A DNA stretch of 64,000 nucleotides. It comes from a bacterium. Lineage in GTDB: Bacteria; Patescibacteriota; Minisyncoccia; Phycocordibacterales; Zambryskibacteraceae. Position numbers and translations under genes: made by a program. This document shows, piece after piece, positions 9,784 to 19,379 of this stretch (position 1 is the stretch's first letter; each line of letters opens with the position of its first letter). The stretch lies in the NCBI GenBank assembly GCA_030649135.1, contig JAUSGI010000008.1:32001-96000 (forward strand), given 5' to 3'. The notes under the pieces were generated by a model. The model was not told where the DNA came from. It ran no database searches and saw only the letters and a list, made by a program, of their open reading frames with translations.

Positions 9784-10716
9784 ATGATGCGCCGAAAACT
9801 AAAGAATACCTTTATACCGCATCGCGGTAATCACCACCACCCCCATATACTGCGGCATAAGTCTCTCTCTGCCGTCTTGACTGTCGTAGTGCTCCTCGAG
9901 TTTACGATGCTTCTAAGTCCATTCGTGTGGCCGCGTCTTGGTATAGAGCTTGCGACGGTATTGCCCTCTGTGGTTACCCTTCTTACCAATAATGCCCGCG
10001 CGGAGGGCCACATCGCGAATGTAAAAGTGAACGATATTTTGACTCTCGCCGCGCAGGCCAAAGCCGATGACATGGCCTCCAAGGGATATTTTTCCCATAT
10101 AGGTCCAGATGGTACCAAACCGTGGTACTGGTTTAAGCAGGCAGGGTATCAGTATCAGTATGCCGGTGAAAATTTGGCGGTGAACTTCGCTAATTCGGAG
10201 GGGGTAGTAAAGGCTTGGCAGAATTCTCCCATGCATAATCTTAATCTTCTTGGCCCGCGCTATACCGAGACCGGAGTAGGTATTGCCACCGGTATGTACA
10301 AGGGTAGAGAGGCTGTGTTTGTGGTGCAGTTTCTCGCTTCATCACAGAAGACAGAGGCGGGTGTAGTAAATGCTACCTCCACCTTGCCTAAAGTATCTGG
10401 TATTCCCAGCCCTCTGAATATGGTGAATCCATTGGTGCTCGGCGTATCCACGGAGGATACCGGCAACCAATCCATATGGTTGCGCATTATCTCATCGCCA
10501 CGAACCTATGGCACGTATGCACTTTTCGTACTCACCTTCCTGTTCTTACTGGTACTTCTTACCGGTTGGGGCAGGCATCGTCCTAGGGCGTTAGTGTATG
10601 GAGTAATGATGGTGGGGCTACTGGCTGGAGTAATATTTATGAACAAGTATCTGACATTTCCGCAACCGGAACTCTCGGAAGATACTCAGAATGGGGCATC
10701 ATTTAACTCGCGGTAA
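9784..10716 (+). CDS. CAP/SCP/PR-1-like domain protein with His-rich N-terminus and TM segments
   Basis: GYFSHIGPDG...AGENLA...VKAWQNSPMHNLNLLGPRYTETGVGIA fits CAP family motifs. Hydrophobic helices at the N- and C-terminus. Confidence 0.65.
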   Translation: MMRRKLKNTFIPHRGNHHHPHILRHKSLSAVLTVVVLLEFTMLLSPFVWPRLGIELATVLPSVVTLLTNNARAEGHIANVKVNDILTLAAQAKADDMASKGYFSHIGPDGTKPWYWFKQAGYQYQYAGENLAVNFANSEGVVKAWQNSPMHNLNLLGPRYTETGVGIATGMYKGREAVFVVQFLASSQKTEAGVVNATSTLPKVSGIPSPLNMVNPLVLGVSTEDTGNQSIWLRIISSPRTYGTYALFVLTFLFLLVLLTGWGRHRPRALVYGVMMVGLLAGVIFMNKYLTFPQPELSEDTQNGASFNSR

Positions 10717-10718
10717 TT

Positions 10719-11819
10719 ATGGCAAGCGGCAGGAAAGTGGATAAACAGTTTTTGCTCATCTCCGTCGTTTTGATAGTGGTCGGTTTTTTTATCTTCAGCT
10801 CGGCCTCCCTTGCTCTACTGGCCAAAGAAAGTTCGAATTATTCAAGCGTAGCTTTCTCTCAAACGGTTTTCGGGCTTTTTCTCGGTACGGTGGCCATGAT
10901 AGTGGTCTCGCGTTTGGACTCTAAAAACTGGAAGAAAATGGCTTTCTGGCTTTTATTGGGCGCTATCATTCTCAATGTTTTGGTATTGGTGCCGGGGATC
11001 GGGTTCGAGCACGCCGGCGCCAGGCGTTGGATTATACTCGGTGGTATTTCTTTCCAGACATCAGAAATATTAAAATTGGCTTTCATTATCTACTTCGCGG
11101 CCTGGGCCGCCGGAGTCAAGGAGAAGATGAAAACTTTTGCCTGGGGTTTCTTGCCCCTCCTCGTTCTTTTTGCCGTCTCGGCCATTCTGCTCTTGAAACA
11201 GCCGGATACCGATAATCTTATTCTGATTATCTTCGCGGGCATGGCTATGTTTATCGCCGCGGGAGGGAAGTGGCGATACGTTTTTATGATTATACTGGCC
11301 GGCGTGGTGGGGCTTACCCTTCTGGCTTTTATGCGGCCGTACGTGATGCAGCGCATTACCACTTTCTTTGACCCGCAGACGGATGCCCAAGGTGCCAGCT
11401 ACCAAGTCCAGCAGTCTCTCATTGCTGTCGGTTCCGGTGGCCTTTTCGGTCGCGGATTCGGTCAAAGTGTTCAGAAATTCACCTATCTTCCCGAGCCGGT
11501 CGGGGACTCGGTTTTTGCCGTGGCGGCCGAGGAGTTCGGTTTCGTGGGTTCCGTTTTCTTGTTGTTAATCTTTGTCCTTTTCGCTACCAGAGGCCTCAAG
11601 ATTGCATCCGGGACGACAAGCGTCTTTGCTAGACTCACGGTGGTTGGAATTGTTATAATGATTGTCTCCCAAGCATTCGTCAATATCGGCGCCATGCTCG
11701 GAGTGATTCCACTCTCCGGTATTACTTTGCCTTTTGTTAGCCATGGGGGCACCTCCCTTTTTGTCACTCTTGTGGAAGTGGGTATCGTGCTCTCTATCTC
11801 TAGAACTCGAGGGTCTTAA
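10719..11819 (+). CDS. ftsW: SEDS-family cell division protein FtsW/RodA
   Basis: Polytopic membrane protein with DSVFAVAAEEFGFVGSVFLL and PFVSHGGTSL motifs. Adjacent to murG. Confidence 0.85.
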   Translation: MASGRKVDKQFLLISVVLIVVGFFIFSSASLALLAKESSNYSSVAFSQTVFGLFLGTVAMIVVSRLDSKNWKKMAFWLLLGAIILNVLVLVPGIGFEHAGARRWIILGGISFQTSEILKLAFIIYFAAWAAGVKEKMKTFAWGFLPLLVLFAVSAILLLKQPDTDNLILIIFAGMAMFIAAGGKWRYVFMIILAGVVGLTLLAFMRPYVMQRITTFFDPQTDAQGASYQVQQSLIAVGSGGLFGRGFGQSVQKFTYLPEPVGDSVFAVAAEEFGFVGSVFLLLIFVLFATRGLKIASGTTSVFARLTVVGIVIMIVSQAFVNIGAMLGVIPLSGITLPFVSHGGTSLFVTLVEVGIVLSISRTRGS

Positions 11820-11829
11820 ATCCTAAATC

Positions 11830-12975
11830 ATGCGTATTCTATTTACAGGTGGTGGCTCTGGAGGACATTTCTATCCGATAGTCTCTATTGCCGAAGAACT
11901 AAACTCTCTTGCGAAGGAGAAGAAACTTCTTGGGCTTGAACTTTTTTTTATGTCTCCTACTCCTTATAACCCGGGAGTACTTTTCGAGAACGGTATTATT
12001 TATAAGAAAAATAGCGCCGGCAAATTACGTCGCTCCGCCAATTGGTGGACCTTTCTGCCTAACTTCTTGGATTTATTTAAAACAGGGTGGGGGATTATCT
12101 CTTCGCTTTATATGGTCTACATGCTCTACCCCGATGTCATCTTCGGCAAAGGTGGCTATGCGAGTTTCCCGGTACTGGTGGCGGCTCGTCTCCTGCGTAT
12201 TCCCGTGGTTATCCATGAATCGGATACTGTTCCGGGCAGAGTAAATTTGTGGGCTGGTAAATTTGCCGCCATCGTCGCCGTTTCTTATAAGGAGGCGGCG
12301 AAATATTTCCCGGCTACTATAGTGGCTCATACCGGCCAACCGGTACGCAAAGATGTGGCTTTGCCCATTACTTCCGGCGCCCGTGAATTTCTAAAAATTG
12401 AAAACGATGTGCCGGTTATCCTGGTCTTGGGCGGCTCACAAGGAGCGCAAAAGATAAATGATATCGTCCTGGAGGGTCTCAAGGAATTGGTGGAGAAGTA
12501 TGCGATTATCCACCAGACCGGTAAAAATAATATCGCAGAAGTCAGAGCCACCGGGGAGGCCGTACTACTTAGCTCTATTCATAAAGACAGATACAAAGCG
12601 TTCGATTATCTTAATGTTTTGGCGCTTCGGATGGCAGCCGGAGTCGCCTCCGTGGTTATCTCGCGCGCGGGCTCCACAATCTTTGAGATTGCGGCGTGGG
12701 GGCTGCCTTCCATCATTATTCCTATCAGCGAAAAAGTTAGTCGAGACCAGCATTCCAACGCTTTTGCCTATGACCGCGCCGGCGCTTGCGAGGTGATAGA
12801 AGAAAATAATCTCACTACCAATATTCTTGCTTCGGAGATTGCGCGTCTGGTTTCCAATGAGTCCGAGCGGGCGAAGATGAAAGCGGCGGCCAAGGCATTC
12901 TACAAACCAGACGCCGCGCGTTTGGTGGCCGAAGAAATTCTTAAAATTGCTCTAGGGCATGAAATTGAAAAATAA
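11830..12975 (+). CDS. murG: UDP-N-acetylglucosamine--N-acetylmuramyl-(pentapeptide) pyrophosphoryl-undecaprenol N-acetylglucosamine transferase
   Basis: MRILFTGGGSGGHFYP; VIHESDTVPGRVN; GT-B architecture. Confidence 0.9.
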   Translation: MRILFTGGGSGGHFYPIVSIAEELNSLAKEKKLLGLELFFMSPTPYNPGVLFENGIIYKKNSAGKLRRSANWWTFLPNFLDLFKTGWGIISSLYMVYMLYPDVIFGKGGYASFPVLVAARLLRIPVVIHESDTVPGRVNLWAGKFAAIVAVSYKEAAKYFPATIVAHTGQPVRKDVALPITSGAREFLKIENDVPVILVLGGSQGAQKINDIVLEGLKELVEKYAIIHQTGKNNIAEVRATGEAVLLSSIHKDRYKAFDYLNVLALRMAAGVASVVISRAGSTIFEIAAWGLPSIIIPISEKVSRDQHSNAFAYDRAGACEVIEENNLTTNILASEIARLVSNESERAKMKAAAKAFYKPDAARLVAEEILKIALGHEIEK

Positions 12976-14161
12976 TAATGCAGCCACCGCTAGTAGCGGG
13001 GTCCCGCCAAAGGCGGTGATAGTACGAATAGCGCCTTCACCGACAGGGAATCTACATGTCGGTACCGCTCGTACCGCGCTATTTAATTTTCTCTTCGCCA
13101 AGCACAATGGCGGTAAGTTTCTCATTCGTATAGAAGATACTGATTTAGAAAGGTCAAAAAAAGAATATGAAAAAGATATTCTGGAAGGGCTCGAATGGCT
13201 AGGTATCACATCCGATGAGCCTGTGATGCGACAAAGTGATCGGCTGGAGATTTATGGGAAATATGCTAAGCAATTGATAGCCAAAAATCTTGCCTCCGAA
13301 GTGGATGGCGCCGTAATCTTGAAAAATGCTCAAACAGAAATCTCTTTTAACGACCTTATAAGAGGAGAAATCAAATTTGAAGATGTGCCTAGTGAACTGG
13401 TTATTCTAAAGTCAGACGGTACCCCAACTTATAACTTTGCCGTTGTTATTGATGATTACGAAATGGGCATTACTCATGTCATAAGAGGGGAGGACCATAT
13501 TTCTAATACACCAAGACAAATATTGGTGATAGAGGCGCTTGGGTTTAATCGTCCGCAGTATATACATATACCGATGATTCTTGCTCCTGACCGCTCTAAA
13601 TTATCAAAAAGACATGGGGCAACTTCACTTCTGGAATATCGAGAAAAAGGATATCTCCCTCAAGCGATGTTCAACTATCTGGCTCTTCTGGGCTGGAATC
13701 CCGGCACGGAACAGGAAATATTTAGCATGGCAGAACTGATTAAAGTTTTTGATATTGCCAAAATTCACAAAGGCGGGGCGATTTTCGATGAGAAGAAACT
13801 GGAATGGGTGAATAAGCAACATATAAACCTGCTTTCTCCGGAAGAGAAGATAAAAATTATTGCCCAAGAGTTTGATGTCAAAAAGATTCCGGAACTCGAT
13901 ACAGAAAAAATTTGCTGGAAAGATACTAGCTCGGAAGAAACGCTCGAACATCTCATTGAGTCGAAAAAAATTATTGAAAATGGTGATGACCTGATGCCTT
14001 ATGCCGAGAGGGAAGGGAAGGGTAATGTGTTGTGGCCAGTACGCTATGCTCTGTCGGGCGAGGAAAAGTCTCCGGACCCGTTTACCCTCATCGCTATTCT
14101 TGGCAAAGATGAGTCAGTCAAAAGGATAGAAAAAGCTATTGAATCTTTAAGTCAAAAATGA
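12959..14161 (+). CDS. gltX: Glutamyl-tRNA synthetase (short, ~400 aa)
   Basis: Class I HIGH-like PSPTGNLHVGTARTALFN and KMSKS-like KLSKRHG. Confidence 0.85.
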   Translation: MKLKNNNAATASSGVPPKAVIVRIAPSPTGNLHVGTARTALFNFLFAKHNGGKFLIRIEDTDLERSKKEYEKDILEGLEWLGITSDEPVMRQSDRLEIYGKYAKQLIAKNLASEVDGAVILKNAQTEISFNDLIRGEIKFEDVPSELVILKSDGTPTYNFAVVIDDYEMGITHVIRGEDHISNTPRQILVIEALGFNRPQYIHIPMILAPDRSKLSKRHGATSLLEYREKGYLPQAMFNYLALLGWNPGTEQEIFSMAELIKVFDIAKIHKGGAIFDEKKLEWVNKQHINLLSPEEKIKIIAQEFDVKKIPELDTEKICWKDTSSEETLEHLIESKKIIENGDDLMPYAEREGKGNVLWPVRYALSGEEKSPDPFTLIAILGKDESVKRIEKAIESLSQK

Positions 14162-15435
14162 AGAAAGTCATTTTAGCATTCGCATTATTTTTGGCTACTA
14201 TTCCGGTGATGAGTATGGCTGCCAACACAGGCGAGTTGGAACGGCAGATTGAACAAGTGAGGAAGGAGCGGGAAGTTCTCTTAGAAGAGCAGAAGAAACT
14301 TCAGACAGAGCTCGAAGCTGTCAATAAAGAAAGCCAGACTCTGGGAAGCGCCGTTAAGTCGCTTAACGCCACGAAGTTGAAGCTAGCCAAAGACATTAGT
14401 ATTACCCAGTCGAGAATCACTTCGACCAACCTAACCATACGGTCGCTCGAAAACACCATGAGCGAGAAAGAGCGACAAATAGTCGCTCATCGCAAAGCTA
14501 TCGCGCAGACTCTCTCCACGCTTTCGGAATATGATTCCCGCCCGCTAGTACTAAACCTGCTTGCTTCCACCGAACTCTCGGACCTTTGGAAGGATAGAAG
14601 CCAACTTGAAGGATTGAACAGTCATCTGGCGGAAGAGATTCTCGCCCTGCGCGAGACTCGCAAAATGCTTAGTCAAGAAAAAGAAAAAAAGGAAAGGGTG
14701 AAGGAAGAGCAGGAGAATCTCAAGGGGCAATTAAGTGGACAAAAATCAGTAGTCGAAGAGAATAAAAAAGCCAAAGAAATTATTCTCGCGGAGACCAAAA
14801 ATAAAGAATCTGAATATCAGAAAATGCTTGCCGAAAATCTGGCCAGGCAGAAAGAGTTTGAGGAGGATTTGTTCCGGCTTGAATCTGAACTTAATATCAC
14901 TCTTGACCCCTCGCTTATTCCCGTACCGCGAAAAGGCACTCTGTCCTGGCCGGTGGAAAATGTCTTTATCACCAGTCCGTTTGGCATGCGCTCGGCGGGA
15001 TTTCATGGCGGGACAGACTTCAGAGCTTCTGTGGGTACCCCAATTTTGGCTATAGCCGGTGGCACAGTCGAGGGGGCGGCCAATTCCGATGACCAAAAAG
15101 GATGTTACTCTTTCGGTCGGTGGATTCTTATCAGACATTTCAACGGACTTTCGAGCGTTTATGCGCATCTTTCCGCTTCATTGGTTAAGGCCGGACAGAA
15201 AGTGGGGAGTGGGCAGATTATCGGATATTCTGGAGGGTATCCTAGGGCGTACGGTTCCGGTAATTCCAGAGGACCGCATCTTCATCTCGGACTCTTTTCT
15301 TCCCAAGGTGTGGAAATTCGCTCTTTCACTTCGCAAAGATACAGAGATACCGGCTCGGGGTGTCATAATGTTCCTATTCCGGTTTCCGACATCAAGGCCT
15401 ATCTTGACCCGCTTGCTTACTTACCGGTTCTTTAA
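14158..15435 (+). CDS. M23-family metallopeptidase with signal peptide and long N-terminal coiled coil (EnvC-like)
   Basis: MKKVILAFALFLATIPVMSMA. Coiled-coil heptads. GTDFRASVGTPILAIAGGTV...HLHLG is the M23 active site. Confidence 0.85.
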   Translation: MKKVILAFALFLATIPVMSMAANTGELERQIEQVRKEREVLLEEQKKLQTELEAVNKESQTLGSAVKSLNATKLKLAKDISITQSRITSTNLTIRSLENTMSEKERQIVAHRKAIAQTLSTLSEYDSRPLVLNLLASTELSDLWKDRSQLEGLNSHLAEEILALRETRKMLSQEKEKKERVKEEQENLKGQLSGQKSVVEENKKAKEIILAETKNKESEYQKMLAENLARQKEFEEDLFRLESELNITLDPSLIPVPRKGTLSWPVENVFITSPFGMRSAGFHGGTDFRASVGTPILAIAGGTVEGAANSDDQKGCYSFGRWILIRHFNGLSSVYAHLSASLVKAGQKVGSGQIIGYSGGYPRAYGSGNSRGPHLHLGLFSSQGVEIRSFTSQRYRDTGSGCHNVPIPVSDIKAYLDPLAYLPVL

Positions 15436-15485
15436 TTCACCCCGCCTCAATTGATATTAAATCAGTGGCGGGGTAAAATATAATC

Positions 15486-15710
15486 ATGAAAAAAGATAAA
15501 GGCTTTATCAGTTGGTTAGTACTGATTATTATTGCCTTAGCGTTATTGAAATATTTCTTCGGTTGGTCTATTTTTGACGCGGCCAGTACGGAACAGGGGA
15601 GAGGTACCATTGCTTATATTAAAGATGTGTTGAGTTTCGTCTGGTATTATCTCAAGGTACCCGTGCTTTTCCTCTGGCGTATCATTTTTGACCTTTTGCC
15701 TTCTCGTTAA
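15486..15710 (+). CDS. Small membrane protein, hypothetical
   Basis: 74 aa with two hydrophobic helices. Followed by a second unlisted 40-aa hydrophobic ORF at 15717..15839 (MKVLMKMIRLLAFFLLAPIYVPAYLLMTFTFKWWSSLLDK). Confidence 0.35.
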   Translation: MKKDKGFISWLVLIIIALALLKYFFGWSIFDAASTEQGRGTIAYIKDVLSFVWYYLKVPVLFLWRIIFDLLPSR

Positions 15711-15928
15711 AACTATATGAAAGTTTTGATGAAAATGATTAGACTGCTTGCTTTCTTTCTTTTGGCGCCGATTTATGTGCCGGCATATCTCTTGATGACC
15801 TTCACCTTCAAATGGTGGTCATCCCTTTTGGATAAATAGAAATTGGTTGATTTGCTACCTTTTTTCGGCTAGTATAGCCGATGGAAACGGTATTATTTCG
15901 CGAGGCATATCAACCACAGGAGGGGAAC

Positions 15929-16681
15929 ATGGGTGGTACAAAGCTATTAAAGCCAGCGGAACGACTAGTTGTTGGGGTTGAATCTAAGCCCAACCCGAAG
16001 CGTGGTCAGAACCGCGATTGGGCGGTGGGTCAAGTCATCAATCTCGCCCACAAGCTCAAGGGCACCGAGGTCTACATCAAGGTCGAATCCACACTCGTAG
16101 CTTGCGGTTATGACCTTATCGCTGTGATTCACAGTTGTGGCCTTAAGGTCTTCGCAGACACCAAGCTCTCCGGTATGCCCGAGAAGCTCTCGGCCCACGG
16201 CGTACTCCTCAATGAGTACAAACCCGAGCTCGTTACGGTGATGTGTGCCACCGGGGTTACCGGGATGAAGGCGCTTAAGGCCGAACTGCCGAACACGGAA
16301 GTGCTCGGCGTACCGGTCCTTACAAGCTTCAAGGATACCGATGCGGATGAGGTATTCGACCGTTCGGTTGATGAGGCGGTCATACGATTTGCCCGGCTGG
16401 CAGATGACGCCGCCATCGATGGCCTCATCCTGGCACCAGGAGAAGTACAGATGATTCGGAAGAACTTCGGTGAAGTGATGACCTTAAACTGTCCTGGCGT
16501 TCGTTCGGACTGGATGGTCATCCGGGACGATGACCAGAATTATGGGCGTGTTATGACACCAGCGATGGCTATCAGGGCCGGCGCCGACCGTGTCATCGTG
16601 GAACGAGCGGTGACGCAGTCACTGCATCCGTATGAGGTGGTCATGCGCCTCATCGAGGAGATCGCCTCCATCAGACCGTGA
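15929..16681 (+). CDS. pyrF: Orotidine 5'-phosphate decarboxylase (GC-rich gene)
   Basis: Key OMP decarboxylase motifs: FADTKL, NCPGVR and DQ..V.TP..A...GAD..VV.R. SD AGGAGGGG sits 4 nt before the ATG at 15929. The track ORF begins earlier at 15881. Confidence 0.75.
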   Translation: MGGTKLLKPAERLVVGVESKPNPKRGQNRDWAVGQVINLAHKLKGTEVYIKVESTLVACGYDLIAVIHSCGLKVFADTKLSGMPEKLSAHGVLLNEYKPELVTVMCATGVTGMKALKAELPNTEVLGVPVLTSFKDTDADEVFDRSVDEAVIRFARLADDAAIDGLILAPGEVQMIRKNFGEVMTLNCPGVRSDWMVIRDDDQNYGRVMTPAMAIRAGADRVIVERAVTQSLHPYEVVMRLIEEIASIRP

Positions 16682-16756
16682 GTCTGCGGTCAAAATCGCT
16701 GCCTGGCCCAGGCTCCTAACTAGAGCTCGGGCCATTTTCTTTACATACAAATAAAA

Positions 16757-16786
16757 AGGGCCCACTGCCTTGCGACAGTGGGCCCG
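16757..16786. terminator. Bidirectional rho-independent terminator between convergent pyrF and pyrE
   Basis: gggcccactgccttgcgacagtgggccc perfect hairpin with A/T flanks. Confidence 0.6.
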
Positions 16787-16795
16787 AGGGCCATC

Positions 16796-17452
16796 TTACT
16801 TGGCAAACCGATAGGCTTGAATCTCTTCATAGATGTTGAGGGGAATGGTGTCCATGTCACGGTAGAGCCGGAGGAGCTCGGAAACACTTAGCGCAGCGTG
16901 AAGCAACAGGCCATGGGCGTTGAGGTTGTTCCGGCCCCCTTCTTCGCGGTCGATGAGCACGAAGACGTCTCGCACTTTAAGTCCGTAGAGTCCGTGAGCT
17001 CTGAGCACTTTGGCAGCAGTGAGTATGCTACCTGCCCTGTTGATGACTCCATCGAACAAGAGCACACTTGCTCCTGACGACCAAACACCGTCGATGTCAC
17101 CACCACCACCGTAGCTCTTCGGTGCTTTCGGAGTGATCATTGGGAATTCGGTACGATCCGAAAGCGAAGATACGACAGGTGTAATGGCAGTGGGGACATC
17201 GGCCAGAATCTCGCAGTCGAATGGTTCTATCATTTCCTCGAAGATGTCCACGGCCGTGGCTTTGGCTCCGGTCGGGTACGACCGCAGGACTGCTAGGTCG
17301 AGATAGTAAGGGGATAGCGGGGCGTCTGGTTCTGTTAGGTGCCTGTGAAGCTGGAATCCATTTCCACCGGGTGACTTACCCCTGTCCTTAAATGCCCCGC
17401 ACTGGTACAGCTCCTCCGCGAATTGTTTCTTGAGGTTGTCTAACCTGCTCAT
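16796..17452 (-). CDS. pyrE: Orotate phosphoribosyltransferase-like (type I PRTase), GC-rich
   Basis: PRPP-binding loop VLLFDGVINRAGSILTAAKVLRAHG. Size and the pyrF pairing fit. Confidence 0.65.
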   Translation of the reverse strand: MSRLDNLKKQFAEELYQCGAFKDRGKSPGGNGFQLHRHLTEPDAPLSPYYLDLAVLRSYPTGAKATAVDIFEEMIEPFDCEILADVPTAITPVVSSLSDRTEFPMITPKAPKSYGGGGDIDGVWSSGASVLLFDGVINRAGSILTAAKVLRAHGLYGLKVRDVFVLIDREEGGRNNLNAHGLLLHAALSVSELLRLYRDMDTIPLNIYEEIQAYRFAK

Positions 17453-17755
17453 GCTGCCTCCCCTTCAGGCTATTTAATTCCCGCTGTCTGGCGTTACCTT
17501 AATACAAATATCAATAAAATCAAGTTTGGAAACTTCCCTATTATGGTCAAAAAATAGGGGAGGGGTGGGGGCGTAATTTTCAATAACATCCAATTTTGTT
17601 AAATGTTTAGTAGATAGTAGGGAAGATTGAGTGATAATTAAATTATCCAGTTATCAGAATTCTTGGTCAGTAAGAGCCTAGCCTAAGGTCGCAAAGGTAT
17701 ATTGTGCGACACACATCTAAAGCCAGAAAGTCCTCTCCCCTCCTCATGTCGCTAA

Positions 17756-18367
17756 TTATTTTTGAGCGATGACTTGTATCCAATTTGTCCTGCCGGCAGG
17801 TGAAATATTTTCGTATACCATCCTACCAAAACCCGAATCCATCAAATATTTTTTAATTTCATCAATTGTGTAATAACTGAAAAATCGCTCGTAAGGATAC
17901 CCATAGTCATTTTCTGCCACTATTTCCTCCTCTGCCCTATCGGACCGTCTCTCCTTAACTGCGATGTAAAAATAGCCACCTGATTTAAGTTTGTCTCCGA
18001 TTTTTTCAATTACTTTCTGAGCCTCGTGTTTAGGCACATGAAGTAAAACTGCCTGCATGAAAACAGCGTCGAAAACACCATCCAGCTTATCTATATCTTT
18101 AAGGTCTAGAGTTTGGAACTTTCCTTCCGGAACTTCTCGCTTTGCAATCTCTATCATCTTTTCGGAGAAATCAATACCTGTGACGTCGAATCCTTTTTGT
18201 ATCAAATATTTTGACTCTATGCCGCTGCCACAACCGACATCGAGCACCGAATCACCCGGGTTCAAAAGCGATATGAATTTATCCGTTCCCTCAACCCACC
18301 AGTCATCTGGTTTGTGGTCTTGGTGCCAATCCTCGGCAATTCTGTTGTAAGTCTCCTTTAAATCCAT
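17756..18367 (-). CDS. Class I SAM-dependent methyltransferase
   Basis: Motif I VLDVGCGSGIES. Low GC like the host backbone. Confidence 0.8.
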   Translation of the reverse strand: MDLKETYNRIAEDWHQDHKPDDWWVEGTDKFISLLNPGDSVLDVGCGSGIESKYLIQKGFDVTGIDFSEKMIEIAKREVPEGKFQTLDLKDIDKLDGVFDAVFMQAVLLHVPKHEAQKVIEKIGDKLKSGGYFYIAVKERRSDRAEEEIVAENDYGYPYERFFSYYTIDEIKKYLMDSGFGRMVYENISPAGRTNWIQVIAQK

Positions 18368-18456
18368 ATAAACCCAATTCTACAACAGTTTGACTTCTCT
18401 TATTCCCTAGAGCAGACTTGACGCCAGACACAACCAACTTCCTTGCGGAGGGCTAT

Positions 18457-19281
18457 ATGCCTAAGAAGGGCTCACTCCTGGCTGAAGGTAAGACCAAGAA
18501 GATCTGGCGCGACGCACACACGACCTCTGGAGTTCTCATCGAGAGTAAGGATGAAGTAACTGCGGGCGATGGTGTCCGGCGGAAAGAATTCGAGGGCAAA
18601 GGCGCCTACTCGACCGCCACCACCGCAAAGTGCTTCGAGCTTTTGACGGCTCACGGCATCCCCAACCACTTTCTCAGGGGCTTCGACGCAACAACCTTCT
18701 GTGCACGGAAGCTCAGGATGATCAAGAAGGAGGTAGTTGTTCGACGTGTGGCAACCGGCTCCTACCTCAACCGCCGGCCTGATGTCGAGGAGGGCACGCT
18801 ATTCAAACCAGTGGTCGTCGAGTTCTTCGCCAAGATCGATGAAGAGCACGACCCGCTGGTGATCCACGACTTTGTCAGCGAGCGCATTCTCCTCTTCCAT
18901 GCGAGGAAACCTCTGGCAGAGGGCTATCTACGTGAGGTAGCCATGGCAGATGGACGGGCCACGGAATGGTTCGCTCTGCGCGAGATGGTCTCGCTCGCTG
19001 AACAGACCTTCGCTGCTCTCGAGGCGGCGTGGGCTACACAGGACGTCATGCTCGTCGATCTCAAGATCGAGTGTGGTAGGGACGATACTGCTAGTGGTAG
19101 AATCGTCGTCGGCGACGTTATCACCAACGACGAGTGGCGTATCTGGCCTGGTGGCGACAAGTCTCGCCAGCTGGACAAGCAGGTTTTCCGGGAGACGCCG
19201 GAGGCTACCCACGAAGCGATGAAGGCTCTCAAGGCCAACTACGCTAAGGTGGCGGAGATGGTGGAGAAGTTCCCGGTCTGA
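18457..19281 (+). CDS. purC: Phosphoribosylaminoimidazole-succinocarboxamide (SAICAR) synthase, GC-rich
   Basis: LLAEGKTKKIW near the N-terminus; LVDLKIECG and DEWRIWP. SD GGAGGG lies before the ATG at 18457. Confidence 0.75.
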   Translation: MPKKGSLLAEGKTKKIWRDAHTTSGVLIESKDEVTAGDGVRRKEFEGKGAYSTATTAKCFELLTAHGIPNHFLRGFDATTFCARKLRMIKKEVVVRRVATGSYLNRRPDVEEGTLFKPVVVEFFAKIDEEHDPLVIHDFVSERILLFHARKPLAEGYLREVAMADGRATEWFALREMVSLAEQTFAALEAAWATQDVMLVDLKIECGRDDTASGRIVVGDVITNDEWRIWPGGDKSRQLDKQVFRETPEATHEAMKALKANYAKVAEMVEKFPV

Positions 19282-19287
19282 CAGCAA

Positions 19288-19325
19288 CGCGCGGGCTCCC
19301 CTTCTGGGAGCCCGCGCTTTTCGTT
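19288..19325 (+). terminator. Rho-independent terminator after purC
   Basis: gcgcgggctccccttctgggagcccgcgc then ttttcgtttg. A second hairpin, aaacccgcccctaaccggcgcgggttt, follows at ~19340-19372. Confidence 0.55.
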
Positions 19326-19379
19326 TGTTAAATATTAAACAACAAACCCGCCCCTAACCGGCGCGGGTTTGTCTAAGAG

